A DNA stretch of 64,000 nt from Planktothrix sp. GU0601_MAG3 (lineage in GTDB: Bacteria > Cyanobacteriota > Cyanobacteriia > Cyanobacteriales > Microcoleaceae): the NCBI GenBank assembly GCA_035193785.1, contig CP136572.1:672001-736000 (forward strand), in the 5' to 3' direction. A model generated the notes under the pieces. It had not been told where the DNA came from. It worked only from the letters and a program-made list of their open reading frames with translations, and made no database searches. A program made the position numbers and the translations under genes. This document shows, piece by piece, positions 37,016 through 48,855 of this stretch. How positions within the stretch are numbered: the first letter of the stretch is position 1; every line of letters begins with the position of its first letter.

Positions 37016-38074
37016 ATGACTATTGCAGTCGAAAGACCGCAGGTTGAGAGAGGCACCTTTGATGTCCTCGACGACTGGCTCAAACGTGATCGCTTCGTCT
37101 TCGTGGGTTGGTCAGGAGTTCTGCTGTTCCCCTGTGCTTATCTGGCCCTCGGTGGCTGGTTAACCGGAACAACCTTTGTGACTTCCTGGTATACCCACGG
37201 TTTAGCAAGCTCTTATTTAGAAGGCTGTAACTTTATTACCGCCGCCGTCAGTAGCCCCGCTAACAGCTTGGGACATTCCCTGCTGTTCCTCTGGGGGCCT
37301 GAAGCTCAGTGGGATTTCACCCGTTGGTGTCAACTGGGCGGTTTATGGGCTTTTATTGCTCTGCACGGTGCTTTCGCCCTGATCGGCTTTTGTCTGCGTC
37401 AGTTGGAAATTGCCCGTTTAGTCGGTATTCGTCCCTATAACGCGATCGCCTTTACTGGCCCGATTGCGGTGTTCGTCAGTGTCTTTCTGATGTACCCCTT
37501 GGGTCAATCTAGTTGGTTCTTTGGCCCTAGCTTTGGGGTAGCTGGAATTTTCCGGTTTATTCTGTTCCTGCAAGGCTTCCATAACTGGACGCTGAACCCC
37601 TTCCACATGATGGGAGTGGCTGGAATCCTGGGTGGTGCGCTGTTGTGCGCTATTCACGGAGCGACGGTGGAAAATACTCTGTTTGAAGATGGGGATACGG
37701 CCAATACATTCCGGGCTTTTGAACCAACTCAAGCTGAAGAAACCTATTCGATGGTGACCGCCAACCGTTTTTGGTCACAAATTTTCGGGATTGCTTTTTC
37801 TAACAAACGTTGGTTACACTTCTTCATGTTATTCGTGCCCGTCACGGGTCTGTGGATGAGTTCCATCGGCATTGTTGGTTTAGCTCTGAACCTACGGGCT
37901 TATGATTTCGTTTCCCAAGAGTTACGGGCGGCGGAAGATCCTGAATTTGAAACGTTCTATACTAAGAACATTCTGTTAAATGAAGGTCTGCGGGCTTGGA
38001 TGGCTCCTGCTGATCAACCCCACGAAAACTTCATTTTCCCTGAAGAAGTGCTACCTCGCGGTAATGCTCTGTAA
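37016..38074 (+). CDS. psbD: Photosystem II D2 protein (stand-alone copy, no psbC downstream)
   Basis: [16 protein letters not shown]...[12 protein letters not shown], 352 aa from ATG 37016. Confidence 0.99.
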   Translation: MTIAVERPQVERGTFDVLDDWLKRDRFVFVGWSGVLLFPCAYLALGGWLTGTTFVTSWYTHGLASSYLEGCNFITAAVSSPANSLGHSLLFLWGPEAQWDFTRWCQLGGLWAFIALHGAFALIGFCLRQLEIARLVGIRPYNAIAFTGPIAVFVSVFLMYPLGQSSWFFGPSFGVAGIFRFILFLQGFHNWTLNPFHMMGVAGILGGALLCAIHGATVENTLFEDGDTANTFRAFEPTQAEETYSMVTANRFWSQIFGIAFSNKRWLHFFMLFVPVTGLWMSSIGIVGLALNLRAYDFVSQELRAAEDPEFETFYTKNILLNEGLRAWMAPADQPHENFIFPEEVLPRGNAL

Positions 38075-38124
38075 TTAGAGATTCTAATTATTCAGGAAAG
38101 TCTTAAAAACATCTGATTAATTCT

Positions 38125-38165
38125 AAAATCTCCTACAAGTTTTGTAGGGGATTTTGTTTTTTTTT
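38125..38165 (+). terminator. Rho-independent terminator of psbD
   Basis: AAAATCTCCTACAA-GTT-TTGTAGGGGATTTT followed by a T run. Confidence 0.8.
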
Positions 38166-38184
38166 GATGATTAATGGTTTAAGA

Positions 38185-38240
38185 AAGCCCTGAAGGGCTT
38201 ACTACAATTGGGGTTAAGAAAGCCCTGAAGGGCTTACTAC
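38185..38240 (-). repeat. Two GTAG-type REP copies
   Basis: AAGCCCTGAAGGGCTTACTAC twice. Confidence 0.8.
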
Positions 38241-38794
38241 GATTGGAGTTTGGCTCGGATATCTTCAATTCGTTTCCGATTTACTCCTAGATCGGATTCC
38301 CCTAAACGAGAGGCAGAACGCACTTGAATTGAACTATTTTCTTGATCCAAATAAAATTCTACATCATCAACAAACCCCATTAAATCCGAGGTAAATTCGG
38401 CATAAATATAATTAGTTTCATCCGTAATAATTTTAGTGTTTTCAGTATTTTTCAGCAGTTTTTTAAGCTGTTCAAAAGCTGTTTCGGGAGAATCTTGATA
38501 GGTGAAAGGTGCAATTTGATGTTCGGCATCTAGGCTTTGACTGGAAACACAATTGGGGGAAGTTGGACAGGGGGCAAATTGTCCTTGTTTAATGCCGAGA
38601 TTTGCGGGGCGATTGCCGGAAAATGAAAATATACTGGCTATGATTGGAGGTACAGAAGTGGTATTAGCCAAAGCTGAGGGCACTAATCCTAACAAGCTGC
38701 TAACAAATATAATCACCGTTAACAATATAGAAAAACCGGGAAGTTGACCAATAGACAGGACTGATTTTTTCATGGTAAATATTAAGAACTTCAT
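38237..38794 (-). CDS. DUF1499 family protein
   Basis: CPTSPNCVSSQ, GFVDDVEF, RSASRLGESDLGVNRKR. Confidence 0.9.
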   Translation of the reverse strand: MKFLIFTMKKSVLSIGQLPGFSILLTVIIFVSSLLGLVPSALANTTSVPPIIASIFSFSGNRPANLGIKQGQFAPCPTSPNCVSSQSLDAEHQIAPFTYQDSPETAFEQLKKLLKNTENTKIITDETNYIYAEFTSDLMGFVDDVEFYLDQENSSIQVRSASRLGESDLGVNRKRIEDIRAKLQS

Positions 38795-38818
38795 CTATTT
38801 TAAACCGGATTTAACCAA

Positions 38819-40443
38819 TTAAATTCTTTCGATGGGTTCAAACATTGGGCAGTAACCATCGGAAGTTACTTTGAAGCCATAGAGGGCGGAGGATTGATTC
38901 CAACAGCGTTGTCCGCGATAGTATTGGCAGTTTCCACAACAGTCAAGATCCCTGGGAATGGGGCGATCGCTACCTTGACTTAGGAATTCCCGTTGGGAAA
39001 TCCCCCGCAAAACTAATTCTTCCCCTTGCCATCGGGCCTCTACTAACCCCGTATCGGCAAAACCTAACCAACGGGGATCGGTGGTTAACCCTGGGGGTAA
39101 GGTAATGTGAATTTGAGTTTCAAACTCGGCAATTTCCCCTTCATACTCAATTTCAGCCAGGGGAGGCTGGATAAAGGTTTCCCCAATGGGTAACTCGACG
39201 AGGGTTTCCGGGGTTGGGGGTATGGAGTTGATAGCGGTTTCTGAGTTCTTCTAAATTGGTCAGATCCCCTAAATAGGCGGGTGATCCGTGGATAAAAATA
39301 ATATGTTGGGGTCGGAGGTTATGAATTAGTTGGGTTGTCCCGGGGCCATCACAATGTTCTGAGATGAAATAGGTTTCAACCTTGGGTGCACGGGGACTAA
39401 AACCCGTTTCTTCCGATTCGGGGGTCAGAATAATATCGAGGTTTTGACCGGGTTTTTGGCGCAAAAATAACATCCAAGGCAGGATGGAATCGGCCCAATA
39501 GGAATTCCAATCGGCAGATTCGTCGGTGAGAACAATACAGGGGGTTTGACCGAGTTGGGCGCGGTGTTCTGGGGTGAGTCGTCGGACTCTGGGGCGAATG
39601 CGGTCATCCCAAAATAGGGGCTGATGTTGGGCAAAATTCTGAACGCTGGTGGGGAAATGGGGCAGGAGTTGCAGGTAAATATCGCAGCCGGTGGCGACAC
39701 TGGCATCTACCCAAATATCGAGATCTCGCCCGGTAAAATAATGGTGACTGCGAAGCAACATTAACAGTTCTTGTCCTAAGCCCAAAGTTGGTGTCGGGAG
39801 GAGCAGGCAATATTGGGCTTCTATCCCTCGATATAAGCGTTCTACGAGTTGGTTTTCCAGTAGACGACGATGGGGATGGCGGGCGGTTCCATAACTGCCT
39901 TCTAGGATTAAAACATCGGGTTTGAGTCCGCGTAATTCTCCCAGGGGTAAGCCTTCGACGAGGCGAGAATTGGAGAGAAAAAAATCTCCGGTGTAAATTA
40001 GTTTATAGTTGCGTTCGGGTGTTATATAGTTGAGCAAAATTACCGCCGCCCCGGGTAAATGACCCGCCGGAAATAGGGTGATACTAAGTCCGGGTCGGAG
40101 TTGGATGGGAGAATCCCAGGGTAGGGGTTGACAAAGGGGGATATGGGGATCGGGTTTCCCAGTCTGGCCAGTTTAGGGGTAACAGTTGGGTTGTTACCTG
40201 ACTCCCATAGATGGGAATTTCAGGATAAGCCTGATGGAAGGCGAGTAAACCTTGAGCATGATCCGCATGGGCGTGGGAACATAGAACTAAGTCGGCTGGA
40301 GGTTGATCTGAGGATGTTAATAGGGGTGAAATGTCCTGAATACCACAATCTAGTAAGATGCGATGAGATCCTATCCGCACTAACAGACATACACCTTCCC
40401 CTGCATGGCCAACACTATAGGCTAAACATTCCGGGTCAATCAC
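38819..40443 (-). CDS. MBL-fold (beta-CASP-like) hydrolase with C-terminal Cys cluster; frameshifts at 40154 and 39204
   Basis: LLDCG, SHAHADH, AGHLPGA, LEGSYG, IHG, CGNCQYY..C; three ORFs join. Confidence 0.85.
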
Positions 40444-40554
40444 AGGAGTTCATCAAGCAGGATAATTTAGTTTAAATTTTAGAATTACTGGGGATTTTTG
40501 CTAAAAAATGTTAAAAACTGTTGCAAAAATAATTTAAAAGGAGTGATATTCATT

Positions 40555-41109
40555 ATGTCAATTGGACAATTCCAGGAATTTTTTGATCATTGTGTGGGTA
40601 AATGGATCACAGAACGTACTTATCATTATCTGAGTTATCAGGAAGTTGAGCGATCGCATACAGAATTTGTGATTCATCCCCTCGATAATGGGGCTAAAGC
40701 CAAGGTCTTAGAAGATAATCACTGTTTGTCAACAAACTTAGAGTTACAAACTCTACCAGGATATCGACTAGCATTTCAAACGATTTCGGAAAAAGGGGAT
40801 GAGGTTTCTCAAGAGTTGAATATTCTCTTTGTACCACAAAAATTAGATTTCCCGATTATTCAAGGGGATTATCTGCGCGATAAAGCCTATGAAGAAGCGA
40901 AACCGATGGTGGCGCATTTTCGTTACAATACCGAAACCCGTGAATTATTAATGACAACGACCTACACCAATGTTGTTTCTGTAGATTCGATTACTTTAAT
41001 TAATCCAAAGTTAAGAATTCGTCGGATTATTAATTATCAACGACCGATTGATCATAACCCTTTAGAAACCGTATTATTAGCGGGATTTGGAGTTGAACAA
41101 AAACAATAA
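40555..41109 (+). CDS. Phycobiliprotein lyase, CpcS/CpeS (S/U) family
   Basis: FF..CVGKWITERTYH, NPKLRIR, GFGVEQK; AGGAG before ATG 40555. Confidence 0.8.
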   Translation: MSIGQFQEFFDHCVGKWITERTYHYLSYQEVERSHTEFVIHPLDNGAKAKVLEDNHCLSTNLELQTLPGYRLAFQTISEKGDEVSQELNILFVPQKLDFPIIQGDYLRDKAYEEAKPMVAHFRYNTETRELLMTTTYTNVVSVDSITLINPKLRIRRIINYQRPIDHNPLETVLLAGFGVEQKQ

Positions 41110-41118
41110 TTATCAATT

Positions 41119-41321
41119 GTAGGGGTGGGTTTATCAAGATTTAGGTTATTAACAAAGATCTCACAGTAGGGGCGGGTTTATCAAGATTTAGGTTATTAAC
41201 AAAGATCTCACAGTAAGGGCGGGTTTATCAAGATTTAGGTTATTAACAAAGATCTCACAGTAAGGGCGGGTTTATCAAGATTTAGGTTATTAACAAAGAT
41301 CTCACAGAAACCCGCCCCTAC
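41119..41321. repeat. REP/REPIN-like element: 4 x 47-bp direct units closed by one inverted arm
   Basis: Units start at 41119, 41166, 41213 and 41260 with GTA(G/A)GGG(C/T)GGGTTT; the array ends AAACCCGCCCCTAC. Confidence 0.9.
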
Positions 41322-41369
41322 CAGTTATCAGTGCGAGAGTTGATTTATTGACTGATTCCTATTCCTCAT

Positions 41370-42390
41370 TTAATCTATTTTGAATTCTGTTCCCCGATAA
41401 CAGCCTTGAAAGGAGGTAATTTCAAGTCCTGTTTGTTGTTGAAGTTGGTTAATCAGAGTGGAGGAAACGCCATTCCATTGATAGGGAAAGTTTCCTAAAG
41501 TTTGATTAGTTACTTCTTGACTATACTCTTGAATGGGAATCCCTGAAACCCCAACAATATTTTGATCATAATATCCATTTAAAATTATTTTTTCAATTAT
41601 CACCCCGGGCTGAATATTAAGTTTCCAGTTAACGGGTTCATAGGAGGATAAAGCTAATATTATGGGTTGATTTTGACGGTTAATATTAACGGAAATTGTA
41701 CCTGGAGAACGTTGATTTCCGCTATGATTGGGGTTGGCTTCATAGACTCCAATTAAATGTAGTTCTTTTGACTGGGATGTTTTGATCAGATAATGGTTAA
41801 AATCATCACTTCCCCCGACTCCACAAGTTTGATTTTTAGCTACAATTGGTTGAGAAGGAGGAGTTACTCTTAATTGCTGTTCAACTTTAGGAATTAGGGA
41901 AGATACGGTTTTCAAACCCAATATAGTAACCAAACCAACACCAACAGTTAAGGGAATCCATTTTAATAAATTTAACAGTAAAGGATAATGGGTGATTTGA
42001 TTCCACTGATATTTAATATTAGAAAAACTCTGATTTTGAGTTTCTAAACAGGCGAGTAAATTCAAACTATCGGGTTGTTTCTAATAAATTTTGAATTAGT
42101 TTTCCCTCCCCAACATAAAGGTTACGGGTTTTTCGATCTAAAAGTAACCAATATTGTTGATCATTTTCGGGAAAATACTGTTGTAAACTGGAACTAATAT
42201 TAGGATGTTGTAATAAAATTTGCCAGGATAAAGCCGAAGTTGTTCCTAGATTTTGACCATCGGTAAAAAATGCTTCTTCAATATCCGGTTCCCAATACCA
42301 AGCTACCCATCTATTATTAGAATGATAGCCTAGGGATTTTTCTAGTTGGGGATGAACACTAATATTAAGGGGGTATATCTGTTGAGACAT
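41370..42390 (-). CDS. Hypothetical single-pass membrane protein; frameshift at 42077-42081
   Basis: Correction gives LLEQPDSLNLLAC and joins the ORFs; central hydrophobic helix. Confidence 0.75.
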
Positions 42391-42397
42391 GGTGAAT

Positions 42398-43042
42398 TTA
42401 AGATTGGACTTGAAAATCGTTGCTGGTTAAGCTATTCGCAGAAATATTAATTAAGGTAGCCAATATTTGGTTACTACTGGTAACACGAATTATGGTATTA
42501 TTCAGATCGGAAACTAAGGTTAATTGGGCAAAAGTTAATCCTCCAGTTAACCCAATTATATCCTCATTTTGGGTAAAGTCGTTGATAGTATCACTACCCG
42601 GTTGATTAGCAATAATAAAGCGATCGCGTCCGGCTCCCCCAATTAAGGTATCATTATCTTTATCTCCATATAACCAGTCATCCCCATCATTTCCCCGCAG
42701 AATATCTGTTCCTTGACCGCCAAATAAGGTATCATTTCCCGTGTCTCCGGTGAGGTCATCACTATCTAAATTTCCGAATAATAAATCATCTCCAATTCGA
42801 CCATCTAAGACATCGTTATTTTGTCCGCCATAAAGGGTATCATTACCTTCATTTCCCGCAACTGCATCATTACCCAAATTTCCATTTAACCAATCGTTTC
42901 CTAAATTTCCCGATAAAAAATCATTCCCAGAAAGTCCTAATATTAAGTCATTTTCTACCCCTCCTAATATAGTATCATTGTCATCGCTTCCTAATAAAAA
43001 TACAAAGGTGTTATTATCGAGGGTAACAGTTGTGTCTGCCAT
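42398..43042 (-). CDS. RTX/hemolysin-type calcium-binding repeat protein
   Basis: Repeated G.GND.L.GG nonapeptides. Confidence 0.9.
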   Translation of the reverse strand: MADTTVTLDNNTFVFLLGSDDNDTILGGVENDLILGLSGNDFLSGNLGNDWLNGNLGNDAVAGNEGNDTLYGGQNNDVLDGRIGDDLLFGNLDSDDLTGDTGNDTLFGGQGTDILRGNDGDDWLYGDKDNDTLIGGAGRDRFIIANQPGSDTINDFTQNEDIIGLTGGLTFAQLTLVSDLNNTIIRVTSSNQILATLINISANSLTSNDFQVQS

Positions 43043-43072
43043 AATATTTTTGAAGTTAAAGTTGATTAATCG

Positions 43073-43997
43073 TTAATATTTATTTTCGGGTACAGGTCTA
43101 TTATACTCATACCAATGATTAGCAATATCAACCCGACGACATATCCAAACCCGGTCATAATTTTGAATATAATCTAAAAAGCGAGCGAGCGCCGCCGCCC
43201 GTCCGGGTCTACCCACTAAACGACAATGTAACCCAATACTCATCATTTTTGGTGCGGTTTCTCCTTCTGCATATAACATATCAAAGGCATCTTTTAAATA
43301 GGTAAAAAACTGTTCTCCACAGTTAAACCCTTGATTTGTTGCAAATCGCATATCATTATTATCAAGAGTATAAGGAATAACTAAATGGGGTTTTTCATAG
43401 TCATAAACCCAATAGGGTAAATCGTCAGCATAACTATCAGCATCATACAAAAATCCTCCTGCTTCTACGACTAATTTACGGGTGTGGGGACTGGTGCGTC
43501 CGGTATACCAACCCAGGGGAGGATTTCCGGTAATTTTTGTATGAATGGCGATCGCTTTTTGTAAATGTTGACGTTCCATTTCTTCATTAAAATATTTATA
43601 ATCAATCCAGCGATAACCATGACTGGCAATTTCCCAGTCCGCCTCTAACATGGCTGCAACGGCTTCTGGGTTACGTTCTAAGGCCATGGCAACCCCATAA
43701 ACGGTCACGGGGATATGACGTTGGGTAAACAGCCGATGGAGCCGCCAAAATCCCGCTCTACTGCCATATTCATAAATTGATTCCATGTTTAAATGGCGCA
43801 GTCCGTGAAAGGGTTTCAGCCCCAATAATTTCTGATAAAAAGGCTTCGGAAGTTTGATCTCCGTGGAGAATACAATTCTCGCCACCTTCTTCATAATTAA
43901 TCACGAATTGTACTGCAATTCGAGCTTGATTCGGCCATTTGGGATCGGGGGTATGGCGACCATAACCGATCATATTTCTGGGATAATATTCAGACAT
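43073..43997 (-). CDS. puuE: Allantoinase PuuE (polysaccharide deacetylase family); frameshift at 43813-43817
   Basis: YPRNMIGYG, INYEEGGENCILHGD, YEYGSRAGFWRL, IGLHCRLVGRPGR. Confidence 0.9.
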
Positions 43998-44029
43998 CTG
44001 ATCAATTTTCTCCAAGCAATTCGGTTTAA

Positions 44030-44716
44030 TTAAACTTCGGGTTCAATACCTGCTGCTCGTAATTGTGCAGCTAATTTTTCCGCTAATTCAAATCCCCATA
44101 ATAATAGGTTTTCGTTTTCATCCCACCACCGCAACCAATATCCGGTTCTGTTTTCTCGAGTTCCTTGCCAAACTCCTAAATATAAGTTCATTTCGGGGAT
44201 AAAATAACGGCTATTAGCATTAGGAGCTTGTAACTGATATTCTCCCTTTTCATTTAAACCGTAGACTTCTAAAATGCCTTGGTGGGGTTCAAAAATTACA
44301 TAATGCTTGACTTGCAAAATCGTTTGATAGAAAAACCATTTCCCCGGCGGATAGGTTGATTTAATCGAATATTCTCCGCCTTCGGTATCAGATAGAAATT
44401 CCACGACTAAAAGCGGAATATCTCCTTGTAATTGCGGAGTATAACTGCGTTGAATATCGGTTCTAGGAACCCGAATTTCTGGAATAAATGCCCAGTCTGG
44501 TGCTTTAATTACTATTTTGTCATTGACGGTGGCACAAATTCCATAATTTGTTGGGGTTAAACTATTAGGGGGAAGTTTTCCCGCATTTTGCAAACTATCT
44601 GTTAAGGCGGCAGCTAAGGCGGGTTGATTGATATTATCCACAGGATCATCCGGTAAAATAAAATTATCGGGAAGGGGTTCCCAGGTTATTTTTAAACTGG
44701 CGATTGAGCTTGCCAT
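44030..44716 (-). CDS. Uma2 (DUF820) family endonuclease-like protein
   Basis: APDW, LVVEFLS, WLRWWD. Confidence 0.88.
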   Translation of the reverse strand: MASSIASLKITWEPLPDNFILPDDPVDNINQPALAAALTDSLQNAGKLPPNSLTPTNYGICATVNDKIVIKAPDWAFIPEIRVPRTDIQRSYTPQLQGDIPLLVVEFLSDTEGGEYSIKSTYPPGKWFFYQTILQVKHYVIFEPHQGILEVYGLNEKGEYQLQAPNANSRYFIPEMNLYLGVWQGTRENRTGYWLRWWDENENLLLWGFELAEKLAAQLRAAGIEPEV

Positions 44717-44946
44717 TTTTCTTAAAAAATAAGCTATATACTAATTAATATTCTAATTATTCTTTTAATTAAAGTCAAGCCTTTAATGAGATTTCATAAC
44801 CTGATAATAAACCGGGTTGATGAATTACTCCGTGTAATTTAAACTAACCTAATAATCGGAAGTTTGTTGTTGAGCTTTAGCTCTCTCTGGAGGGGCTAAA
44901 GCCCAACAACAATAACAACTAATGTTTAATTTGTCGTTGTGATATC

Positions 44947-47900
44947 TTAAATTGAGAGGTAAATTTGAGAACCTTGGCTAGTTTTATGAACTTCAATTCT
45001 GGCTTGAAAAGCTTCTTTTAAACTGGGAATATGGGTAACAGTTAAAATACAAGCAAAGTCAGAGGATATCGCATTAATAGCCGCAATTAAGCGATCGCAA
45101 CCTTCAGCGTCTTGGGTTCCAAATCCCTCATCAATAATTAACATTTGTAGAGAAGTTCCCGCTCGTTGTGCTAATAGTTTTGCTAGGGCTAACCGAATCG
45201 CAAAATTAATTCTAAAGGCTTCTCCCCCGGAATAGGTTTCATAGGAAACGAGTTCCCCGCGCATCTGCTATTAAAATTTCTAAGGTTTCAATCATTTTAG
45301 CGGTATTTTTTGAGGATTTCCCCCCCCGTCCGCTAGTGCGTTGGGTAACAAATTGTACATGGAGTTGATTTGAAGATAATCGAGATAAAATTTGATTGGT
45401 TTCTGCTTCTAATTGGGGTAAAACATTTTCAATCATTAAGGCTTGAATCCCATTTTTACCAAAGGCTTTTCCTAATTCATCATAAACTCGATATTGGCGG
45501 CGGGTGGTGTCTAATTGGGTTTTAAGTTCGATTTGTTGAGTGTTTAAATTGTCTAATTGAGTTTGTTGTTGTTGTAAACTTCCCAATTGTCCTAAATGAC
45601 TATCTAATTTTAGCTGTTGTTGTTGAATTAACTTATCTAATTGTTTTAGGGATTCCGTGGGGTCGGGAGTTTCTTTTAATTGTTGTTGTAATAGTTCAAT
45701 TTGTCCTTGAATGGCTTGTAAATTTTTAGCCCGTTCTTGGGTGATGATTTCTAATTCTTGAAGGCGTTGTTGTAGGATGGGATATTGTTGTTTGGCTTGG
45801 TTTAATTGTTCGGTTCTAGTTAACCAAATTTGAGCTTGACGTAACTCCGCCCGGATGCGATTATGTTCCTCCACATTATAACCCATTTGGCTGATTTTCT
45901 GTTCTAAGGTAATAATTTCTTGTTGTATTTCAGAGTTGTTTTTTTCTTCGGTTAAGGTTTGGGTTAGGGTTTGAATTTTGGTTTCTAATTCTGGTTTTTG
46001 AGTCTGGATTTTCGTTAATTTATCCTGAGCATCTCGAATTTGACTATATTTAATTTCCGCCCAACGCCAGCGTTTTTCGTCGTTTCTGGCTAAAGCATGG
46101 CTTTGTTCATTATAATTAAGTTGGCTTAATTTCTGCTCTAAATCCTGTAATTCTGCATATAAATCCGTTGCATAGTCGCCCGTCTCTAAAATAGTTTTAA
46201 CGGCATTTTCTTCTCCAATTAATTGTTGTAATTGTTGTTCATCTTGATCTAATCCTTCTAACTGAGCTTGAATTTTTCCCCGTTGTTCTCGCAATTCTTC
46301 ATAGGGTAATAAATCCTCTTGAATTTGTCGATATTCTTCTTGTAATATTTTAAGTTCTCGATCCGCAACTACTAACTGTTCATGGATTACCCAAATTTGA
46401 TTTCTGAATTCCTGTTGTTGGTTTTGCTGTTTAGAAATCACCAAATTCCAGTGATGTTCGTCTAGGGGGCGATCGCACAGGGGACAGGGGGGAAATTCCG
46501 ATCGCAATAACGGTAATTCTTCGGTTTCGGATGCTTCAGATTCCGATTTTGATAACAGTTTAATTTTCTGATCCAGTTCGACTAATTTATCTTCATAATC
46601 CCGTTTAACGGTATTCAAACGGTCAATAAAACCATGACGTTTCCTGTCCTTTTTCCCTGACTCTGAGTTGATAAACTTTCTTCTTATCTAGTTCAATAAT
46701 TTGACTCGCAATAGTTTGGGATTGTTTTTCTAATTGGGGGCGATGCTGGTTGAGAGTCCGTTGCAATTTTCCCACGGAGGTTTTTAATTCATCTAACCGT
46801 GCTTGTTGGCGAGATTGAGCCCGATCTAATTCCGTTTGTAGCCGTTGACGCTGTTGTAAAATTGGAGTAACTTCTAATTGTAATTGATCGAACTGAGTTA
46901 AACGATTTCTAGCGGTTTGTAACTGTTCTAATCCCGTCTCAATATCGGATTTTTGGCTTAAAATTTGGGAGTAATCCTGTTCCTGTTGGGTTAGGGCTTC
47001 TAAACGGGCTTGTAGCCCTTGAATTTGCTGTTGTAGGGTGTTTAGATGTTGGCGTTGTTGTTCTTGTAATTGTTGGCGTTGTTGTTGGGAATCTTGATAA
47101 ATTTTGAATTGAGCCGATAGGGTTTCTTCTGTAGTTTGTAGGGTTTGAAAATGGGTATATCCAGTTTGAATTTCTGTTTCCTGTTTTAATACTGCTTCTA
47201 ATTCTTGATATTGCTGTTGAGTAGTAACTAATTCCTGTTGTAACCTGCGATAATCTTGAGCAAAGCTTTGATGCTGTTCCTGTTGTCCGGTTAATAACTT
47301 TTCCCAAGCTTGACGATGATGTTGTTGGGCTTGTAGCTGTTGATAGTGATCTCGGTCTTGGGCTTGTTTTTCCTGAAGCTGATCAATCGTATTTCTTAGT
47401 TGAATCATCTCCTGTTCCAGTTGACCTTTTTGGTCGATTTGGACTTGATTACTGGTTAAGGTTTGTTCTAGGATTTCGGCTTGGGATTTATAACTTTTGG
47501 CTAAGTCTTTGGCTTGATCCGATAAGCCATCATATTGATCTAATTTTAATAAATTTGCCAGAATTTCTTTCCGTTCGGCGGGACGTTTGATCATGAATTC
47601 ATCCGCTTTTCCCTGGCGCAAATAGGCGGAATTAGTAAAGGTATCATAATCTAGTTTTAAGTAGTCGATTATTTTCTGCTGGGTAGCGACTATTCCCTTT
47701 TCTGTGAGGGTGCGAAACTTGATTTGATCTAAATCTTCAATTTCTTGTAAAACGGTGGTTGCTACTTGAAATTCGAGGGCTCCCGATTGACCGCGGCGAC
47801 GGTTACGAATTACCCGATATAGGTTTCCCTGACTAATAAATATGAAATCAACCTGGGTTTCTAATTCCCCCATATAGATAATATCATCCTTCGATTCCGC

Positions 47901-48060
47901 CCGACTTTCCCCCCAAATTGCCCAAGCCATTGCTTCTAATAAAGATGACTTTCCTGACCCGTTGGAAACCGCAAATACAGGCGGTATGTAATCCACTAAA
48001 ATCTAGGGTCGCTTCTCGATAACTGAGGAAATTTTTTAGGGTCAGTTTTTGGGGAATCAT
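44947..48060 (-). CDS. sbcC: SbcC/Rad50 exonuclease ATPase subunit; frameshifts at 47965, 46639 and 45245
   Basis: MIPQKLTLKNFLSY, GSNGSGKSS Walker A, CPLC zinc hook, YSGGE signature, IIDEGFG. Confidence 0.93.
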
Positions 48061-48240
48061 AGGTTTTCAGAACGGGAAACAGGAGATTTTTTAGAGGTTG
48101 CTGTATTGATCAATATTATTTTAACCTAATTTGTGTGATTGGGACTAAAACCAAAATAGGATTAACAAGATTCTAGCAAGACTCGCAAAACTCAAAATCC
48201 AGAAATACGGTTAGAATTAGATTTTCAGGACGATTAATTT

Positions 48241-48822
48241 ATGACATTAAACAAAGCTCATCCCTATCTTTCACCGGAAGAATACTTAGAAGTCGAAAAG
48301 AATAGCCCGATTAAACATGAATATATCCAAGGACAAATTTATGCAATGGCTGGGGCGAGTGATGCTCACGTCACCATTACCGCCAACTTACTGGCTATGC
48401 TAAGAAATCATATTCGTGGAACCGGTTGTCGTGTTTATGTTGCAGATATGAAAGCCAGAATTGAAACTTTAAATATTTTCTACTATCCAGATATCATGGT
48501 AACTTGCGACTCCCGCGATGCCAATTTTGAATATTTTAAATGCTATCCTTGTTTAATTATTGAAGTGCTTTCATCCTCAACTGAAGCCTTTGATAGAGGG
48601 GATAAATTTATCGATTATCAAGAACTAGAAACCTTACAAGAATATGTTTTAATTAGTCAAAACCGCCAGCGTGTTGATTGTTTTCGACGGAATGCAGAAG
48701 GGAGATGGGAACTTTATAGTTATCGAGGAAATCAAGAACTAGAGTTAACCAGTGTTAATTTCTCTTGTTCTCTGACTGCTGTTTATGAAGATATTTCCCT
48801 ATTCCCAATTCGTAATTCGTAA
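48241..48822 (+). CDS. Uma2 (DUF820) family endonuclease-like protein
   Basis: HEYIQG..YAMAG, YYPDIMV, IIEVLSSST..FDRGDK. Confidence 0.9.
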   Translation: MTLNKAHPYLSPEEYLEVEKNSPIKHEYIQGQIYAMAGASDAHVTITANLLAMLRNHIRGTGCRVYVADMKARIETLNIFYYPDIMVTCDSRDANFEYFKCYPCLIIEVLSSSTEAFDRGDKFIDYQELETLQEYVLISQNRQRVDCFRRNAEGRWELYSYRGNQELELTSVNFSCSLTAVYEDISLFPIRNS

Positions 48823-48855
48823 GTTGATTAGGAGATCGGGTTTTGTTGTTCATAA

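Noticed and set aside
41119..41321. CRISPR array
   Set aside because: The units are contiguous and near-identical with no unique spacers, and there are no cas genes in the window.
44030..48822. Uma2-SbcC-Uma2 as a defence system
   Set aside because: Uma2 genes are highly multicopy and scattered in cyanobacteria, they are not arranged as an operon here, and sbcC is a housekeeping repair gene.
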